Positions 38,615 to 43,189 of a stretch of DNA of 43,189 nt are shown here, in pieces. The translations under genes and the position numbers were made by a program. Source of the DNA: Leptotrichia sp. (GTDB taxonomy: Bacteria > Fusobacteriota > Fusobacteriia > Fusobacteriales > Leptotrichiaceae). The stretch covers positions 1-43,189 of the forward strand of contig JBGXYD010000065.1 in NCBI GenBank assembly GCA_041815005.1. The letters are read 5' to 3'. The notes beneath the pieces are model-generated. The model was given only the letters and a program-made list of their open reading frames with translations. It searched no databases and was not told the origin of the DNA. Numbering within the stretch: position 1 is the stretch's first letter; the number at the start of each line of letters is the position of its first letter.

Positions 38615-40129
38615 TTATTTAATTAAACCTTCTTTTTTCAGATAATTTCTCGCCACATCTTCAGCTTTTTCCCCTTTCACTGCTACCCTATAATTCATTT
38701 GGGACATTTCACTGTCTGATATCCTATCAGATAGTTTTTCCAGTATTCTCTTTAATTCAGGATGCTTTTCTAAAGTATTTTTTTTCATAAGAGGAGCTCC
38801 CTGATAAGGTGGAAACAGTTTTCTGTCATCTTCTAGTACCACAAGGTCATACTGGGCAATTTCAGCATCTGTAGAGTAGGCATCTATCAAGTTTATATCT
38901 CCGCTCTGAATTGCAGCGTATCTTAACTTTGGTTCAAATTCCTTTATATCATCCAGTTCAAGAACATACAATTTTCTAAGTCCTGGATATCCATCTTCCC
39001 TGTCATTAAATTCTCTTGTAAATCCTGCTTTTATTTTCTCCTTAATTTTAGCAAGATCCGAAATCCTGATTATTCCATTTTCTTCTGCAAATTTTCTTGG
39101 AACAGCTAGGGCATAAGTATTATTATATTTCATAGGACTTAACATCACCATGTTAAATTTCTTTTCCATTCCTGACCTTGCCTGTTCAAAAACTTTTTGT
39201 GCATCATTACTTGCAGGTGTTTCCTTCAGGAAGGTGAAAACTGCTGTCCCTGTAAATTCAGGATAAATATCTATATTTCCTGATTTCAGAGCATTAAATA
39301 CAAATGTAGTTGTCCCCATTCCCACTTTCAGCTCCACCTTTATATCGGTATTTTCTTCTATTAAAAGTTTATACATATTTATCAGTATTTCAGGTTCAGT
39401 TCCCAGTTTCCCTGAAATTACAAGTTTTTTCCCTTTCCCCATAATACCTGTATAACTGGAACCAAAAACAAAGACTGCTATTATAAGCATAAGGGATATC
39501 ATTATTTTCTTCAGGCTGAATTTCTCCATCCTTTTAAAGATATAATCAAATGCTACTGCAAGTAGTGCTGCAGGAATTGCACCTAGCAGTATCAGATAGT
39601 TGTTATTCCTATCAAGACCAAGTAATATGAGTTTTCCCAGACCTCCTGCCCCCACAAGTGACGCCAGTGTTGCAGTTCCTATTATCAGTACTGCTGCTGT
39701 CCTTATTCCTGCCATTATAACAGGCATTGCAAGAGGAAGCTGTATCTTGACCATCTGCTGCAATCTATTCATCCCCATCGCCCTTGATGCCAGCATATAT
39801 ACCGGATCGACTCCTATTATTCCCGTATATGTATTCCTCAGTATAGGGAGCAGTGAATATATGGTAAGGGCTATGACAGCAGGTTTCCTTCCTATCCCTA
39901 CTAGAGGAATGAGAAGTGCCAGTATTGCAAGTGAAGGAACTGTCTGCATAATACCTGTTATCCCGATAACGGAATCAGCTATCCTTTTGTGGTAGCTTAA
40001 AAATATCCCTAGAGGTACAGCTATTAAAAGAGCTATAATCAGTGCAATAAAAGAAATCTGTATATGTTCCATTATCGCCTTTAAAAGTTCTTCCTTCCTT
40101 TCTACTAAAGTTAAATATAGTCCGTTCAT
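38615..40129 (-). CDS. Glycine betaine/choline/carnitine ABC transporter fused permease-substrate-binding protein (OpuBB/OpuCB-CC-like)
   Basis: QTVPSLA, EAA-like loop, GAGGLG; C-terminal YPEFTGT, NNTYAL, FPPY. Confidence 0.92.
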   Translation of the reverse strand: MNGLYLTLVERKEELLKAIMEHIQISFIALIIALLIAVPLGIFLSYHKRIADSVIGITGIMQTVPSLAILALLIPLVGIGRKPAVIALTIYSLLPILRNTYTGIIGVDPVYMLASRAMGMNRLQQMVKIQLPLAMPVIMAGIRTAAVLIIGTATLASLVGAGGLGKLILLGLDRNNNYLILLGAIPAALLAVAFDYIFKRMEKFSLKKIMISLMLIIAVFVFGSSYTGIMGKGKKLVISGKLGTEPEILINMYKLLIEENTDIKVELKVGMGTTTFVFNALKSGNIDIYPEFTGTAVFTFLKETPASNDAQKVFEQARSGMEKKFNMVMLSPMKYNNTYALAVPRKFAEENGIIRISDLAKIKEKIKAGFTREFNDREDGYPGLRKLYVLELDDIKEFEPKLRYAAIQSGDINLIDAYSTDAEIAQYDLVVLEDDRKLFPPYQGAPLMKKNTLEKHPELKRILEKLSDRISDSEMSQMNYRVAVKGEKAEDVARNYLKKEGLIK

Positions 40130-40869
40130 TATTTTTTCCCCCTCTTATTTCCTGATGAAATAAATTCCTTCACAAATTTATTTTGCGGATTTCTTCTTAT
40201 TTCCTCTTCACTTCCCTGCTGCACCAGTTCTCCGTCCTTTATAATGCATATCTTGTCCCCCAGATAGAAGGCTTCCTCTATATCATGTGTTACAAATACT
40301 ATTGTCTTATTTATTTTCTGCTGCATTTCCTTTATATCCTTCTGAAGTCCTCCCCTTGTAACAGGATCAAGTGCACTGAAGGGCTCATCCATCAATATTA
40401 TTTCCGGATCTGCTGCCAAGGCTCTTGCTATCCCTATCCGCTGAGCCTCTCCTCCTGACAGCTCCTGGACATTCCTTTTCCTATATTTTTCAGAATCAAG
40501 TCCTACCATTTTCAGAAGTTCATCTATCTTTTCATTTATCCTATTTTTCTTCCATTTTTTCAGTTCCGGTACAACTGAGATATTTTCCTCCACAGTCATA
40601 TGCGGAAAGAGGGCTACCTGCTGCAATACATATCCCATACCCCAACGTAATTTATGAATATCGTACTCCCTTATATCCTGTCCCTTTATAAGCACTTCCC
40701 CAGAAGTATTGTCTTCCAGCCGGTTTATCATTTTCAGGGCTGTAGTCTTTCCGCTTCCGCTAGGTCCTATAAACACTGTAATCTCACCACTGTTTATCTT
40801 CAGATTAATATTTTTAAGGCCTTCATTTCCATTGGGATAAGTCATTCCCACGTTTTTAAATTCTATCAT
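40129..40869 (-). CDS. Osmoprotectant ABC transporter ATP-binding protein
   Basis: GPSGSGKT, LSGG, MDEPFSALD, VTHD. Confidence 0.93.
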   Translation of the reverse strand: MIEFKNVGMTYPNGNEGLKNINLKINSGEITVFIGPSGSGKTTALKMINRLEDNTSGEVLIKGQDIREYDIHKLRWGMGYVLQQVALFPHMTVEENISVVPELKKWKKNRINEKIDELLKMVGLDSEKYRKRNVQELSGGEAQRIGIARALAADPEIILMDEPFSALDPVTRGGLQKDIKEMQQKINKTIVFVTHDIEEAFYLGDKICIIKDGELVQQGSEEEIRRNPQNKFVKEFISSGNKRGKK

Positions 40870-40926
40870 AATTTTAATATTCCCTTCAAATTTACTCTAT
40901 TCTCTTCCTTAATTACAGTTTCCAGG

Positions 40927-41382
40927 TCATCGGCTTTGTAGTCCATTATCTTTTTCAGCATTTTCAACATTATCAAGCATTTTTTTCAGTAATTTTTCCA
41001 TTGTCCTTATTTCTTCAGCTGTAAATCCTTTATAACTACAATCCAGCATTATTTCAGATATCTCATCATATTCCTTTTTTAATGTTGCTGCATACTTAGT
41101 CAGTTTTATCAATGTTTTCCTTTTATCCTTTTCATCAGGTATCCTTTTAATGAGTTCTGATTTTTCCATCCGATCTATCATAGTCGTCAACGAACTCATG
41201 GCAAGCCCTGTCTTTCCAGAAAGTTCCCTTATACTTATCCCATCCTTTTCCCATAGTACATGAAGTATTCTTCCCTGTTCACCATTAAAGGCATCAATAT
41301 TCCTTTCAGATAATATCTTATTCATAAGCCTCCCATTTATCTGCCGTATCCTGCTTATATATAGCCCACAATTTAATGACAT
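40927..41382 (-). CDS. MarR family transcriptional regulator
   Basis: EQGRILHVLW, SLTTMIDRME, DKRKTLIKLT. Confidence 0.92.
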   Translation of the reverse strand: MSLNCGLYISRIRQINGRLMNKILSERNIDAFNGEQGRILHVLWEKDGISIRELSGKTGLAMSSLTTMIDRMEKSELIKRIPDEKDKRKTLIKLTKYAATLKKEYDEISEIMLDCSYKGFTAEEIRTMEKLLKKMLDNVENAEKDNGLQSR

Positions 41383-41406
41383 TTTTCCTCCATTTTTATT
41401 ATAATA

Positions 41407-41493
41407 TTAAAATTTTTCATACACTTCCTTTATCTATCTGTCACGTATACCCCTTAAATAATGGTTTCTTGCGTTTTCAAGCTGCTTCAACAT
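41407..41493 (-). pseudogene. N-terminal remnant of a probable NTF2/SnoaL-like protein gene
   Basis: SD GAGGAG, MLKQLENARNHYLRGIRDR*IKEVYEKF*; resembles recalled N-termini of NTF2-like proteins. Confidence 0.5.
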
Positions 41494-41512
41494 AAAAACA
41501 TCTCCTCGATTC

Positions 41513-41540
41513 TATTACTATATAGTAATATATTACTATA
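41513..41540. promoter_or_regulatory. Overlapping perfect palindromes, candidate MarR operator
   Basis: TATTACTATATAGTAATA (41513-41530) and TATAGTAATATATTACTATA (41521-41540); near copy TTACTATATAGCAA at 41680-41693. Confidence 0.65.
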
Positions 41541-41716
41541 TTAAATTAATTTTGTCAATATAATTATACAGCCATTATACATATAGAAAATTTAAATTAA
41601 TAAATTACAGCTATTAATAGGATATTTTTTGTGAAATTTATATTATTTATTGATTTATTTCACACTTTATGATACTGTGTTACTATATAGCAATATATAT
41701 TGTGAGGAGGTTCCAC

Positions 41717-42790
41717 ATGTCTAAAAATAAAGAAATATTACCAAATAAAAAGAAAGACAATACTGAGAAGGCTGTAGTTTTAAAAAAGCCATGTTCTGCA
41801 AAAGAACTGGAAATTTCCAAAATTCCTGTTCCCGAAATAAAACCTGGATGGGTACTTATTAAAATAAAGGCTTTTGGTATTAATAGGGCAGAAATCCTGA
41901 CTAGAAACGGACATTCCCCTTCTGTAAAACTTCCAAGGGTCATAGGAATCGAATGTGTGGGGATCGTTGAAAATCCTTCTGATAGCTCCTTTAAAAAGGG
42001 AGAGCCTGTCTTTTCAATGATGAACGGTATGGGAAGGGATTTTGACGGAAGTTACGCTGAATACACTCTAGTTCCTTCAGAGCAGGTCTACAGACTTAAT
42101 TATGATATTTTTAAAAATTTGGATAAACAACGTAAAGATATATCCACCGATACAGATAAAGATGGATTTTCAGAATGGGCAAAAGCCGCTGCCTATCCAG
42201 AGCTTTATTATACTGCCTACGGCTCTTTATTTAAAAGCCTTAGACTAAAATCAAAAGAAGCCCTTCTCATAAGGGGTGGGACAGGTTCAGTGGCACTTGC
42301 AGCAATTCAGCTGGCAAAAGCTGTAAATGCTACAGTGATAGCAACTACCCGTAATAAATCAAAAGAGTCTTTCCTAAAGGAAAAAGGTGCAGACATAGTT
42401 ATAGTAGAAGATGATCTTTTTGAAGAAAATCTGAAAACATATTGTCCTAATGGAGTTGATAAAGTTCTTGAGCTGATAGGATCTTCCACTTTAAAATCGT
42501 CCCTAAAGGCAACCATGCAAGGTGGGATTGTTTGTATGACCGGCTGTTTAGGCGGCTGGGTAGTGGAACAGTTTGAACCTTTAGATGATATTATTTCAGA
42601 ATCATACCTGACTTCCTTTAATAGCACCTTTATTAAAAAGGAAACTATAGAGGAAATGTTCCAGTTTATATCAGAAAATCATATAGAACCTTATATTTCA
42701 ATGACTTTTACATTGGATGAAATCTCTAAAGCCCATAAATATCTTGAATCAAATAAGACAAATGGAAAGGTCGTTGTTATAACCTTCTAA
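41717..42790 (+). CDS. Medium-chain reductase/quinone oxidoreductase (zinc-binding ADH superfamily)
   Basis: KAFGINRAE, GIECVG, DGSYAEY, RGGTGSV, GKVV; ATG 41717 after GAGGAGG. Confidence 0.9.
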   Translation: MSKNKEILPNKKKDNTEKAVVLKKPCSAKELEISKIPVPEIKPGWVLIKIKAFGINRAEILTRNGHSPSVKLPRVIGIECVGIVENPSDSSFKKGEPVFSMMNGMGRDFDGSYAEYTLVPSEQVYRLNYDIFKNLDKQRKDISTDTDKDGFSEWAKAAAYPELYYTAYGSLFKSLRLKSKEALLIRGGTGSVALAAIQLAKAVNATVIATTRNKSKESFLKEKGADIVIVEDDLFEENLKTYCPNGVDKVLELIGSSTLKSSLKATMQGGIVCMTGCLGGWVVEQFEPLDDIISESYLTSFNSTFIKKETIEEMFQFISENHIEPYISMTFTLDEISKAHKYLESNKTNGKVVVITF

Positions 42791-42851
42791 TATTTCAACA
42801 TTATGTCTTATCTCTTTTTAAATTTGTTCAATAAAATTATTTATTTTAGGT

Positions 42852-42922
42852 GTAGTGGTATGTGTATAATTACAATATTTGTTGGAATATTCAATCTTTT
42901 TAGTTTACAACCATACCACTAC
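42852..42922. repeat. 11-bp perfect inverted repeat with 49-nt spacer
   Basis: GTAGTGGTATG (42852-42862) / CATACCACTAC (42912-42922). Confidence 0.55.
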
Positions 42923-43030
42923 TATACATATCATAGTTACAAAATTGTAGTAGTTCTTTTAAAATAATTATATTTTCTGCGTTACAATTGAACTAAGAAA
43001 AAACTCTTCATTCTGTTGGAAAATCTTTTA

Positions 43031-43189
43031 CTAAAAACTAGCTTTAAATCCTATTCCCCCTCTGAAATTATCTCCCTTAGTATCATATCCAAGATTTAAC
43101 ATCACTTCAAATAACCTATTTTCAAGTCCTATGTTTAAATCTGTCTTAAAATTCCCTTTCCTATTCTCCTTTTCATTTCTCAAATTATA
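43031..43189 (-). CDS. Partial (C-terminus only) fusobacterial-type autotransporter beta-barrel
   Basis: Manual translation YNLRNEKENRKGNFKTDLNIGLENRLFEVMLNLGYDTKGDNFRGGIGFKASF*; GYDTKG.N.RGG and terminal Phe are typical of fusobacterial type V proteins. Confidence 0.8.
   Translation of the reverse strand, partial: YNLRNEKENRKGNFKTDLNIGLENRLFEVMLNLGYDTKGDNFRGGIGFKASF

Noticed and set aside
2682-42627. Numerous 60-145 aa ORFs antisense to or nested in confident genes (e.g. 10812..11183, 27579..28013, 39600..39995)
   Set aside because: Shadow ORFs of real genes; no SD or family motifs
1-43189. CRISPR array, tRNA/rRNA genes, transposases, prophage genes
   Set aside because: No regularly spaced repeats, cloverleaf/rRNA signatures or transposase/phage motifs recognised

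Overview
Low-GC bacterial chromosomal segment, most likely Leptotrichiaceae/Fusobacteriota (inferred from protein style and a fusobacterial-type autotransporter C-terminus at the right edge). Genes are mostly on the minus strand. The core is a branched-chain amino acid cluster (ilvD-ilvA-ilvB-ilvN, then a broken methyltransferase, a racemase and leuA), plus ilvE, leuS, mnmA, rlmB, pepP and an Opu-type ABC transporter. Accessory genes are interspersed: a HinP1I-like type II R-M pair, an OmpR/HK two-component system, AraC/HxlR/MarR regulators with detox-type oxidoreductases, duplicated metallophosphoesterases and several pseudogenes. The most interesting signals are absent from the ORF track. 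(1) A 49-codon Leu/Ile/Val-rich leader peptide with mutually exclusive antiterminator/terminator structures upstream of ilvD, i.e. a candidate ribosome-dependent attenuator. (2) A stand-alone ~72-nt sRNA gene downstream of ilvE, with a consensus sigma70 promoter, a 5' hairpin with a C-rich loop and an intrinsic terminator. (3) A ~96-nt hairpin separating the Shine-Dalgarno from the start codon of pepP. (4) Several candidate palindromic operators. No rRNA, tRNA, CRISPR array or transposase was recognised. All calls come from reading the sequence; no searches were run.
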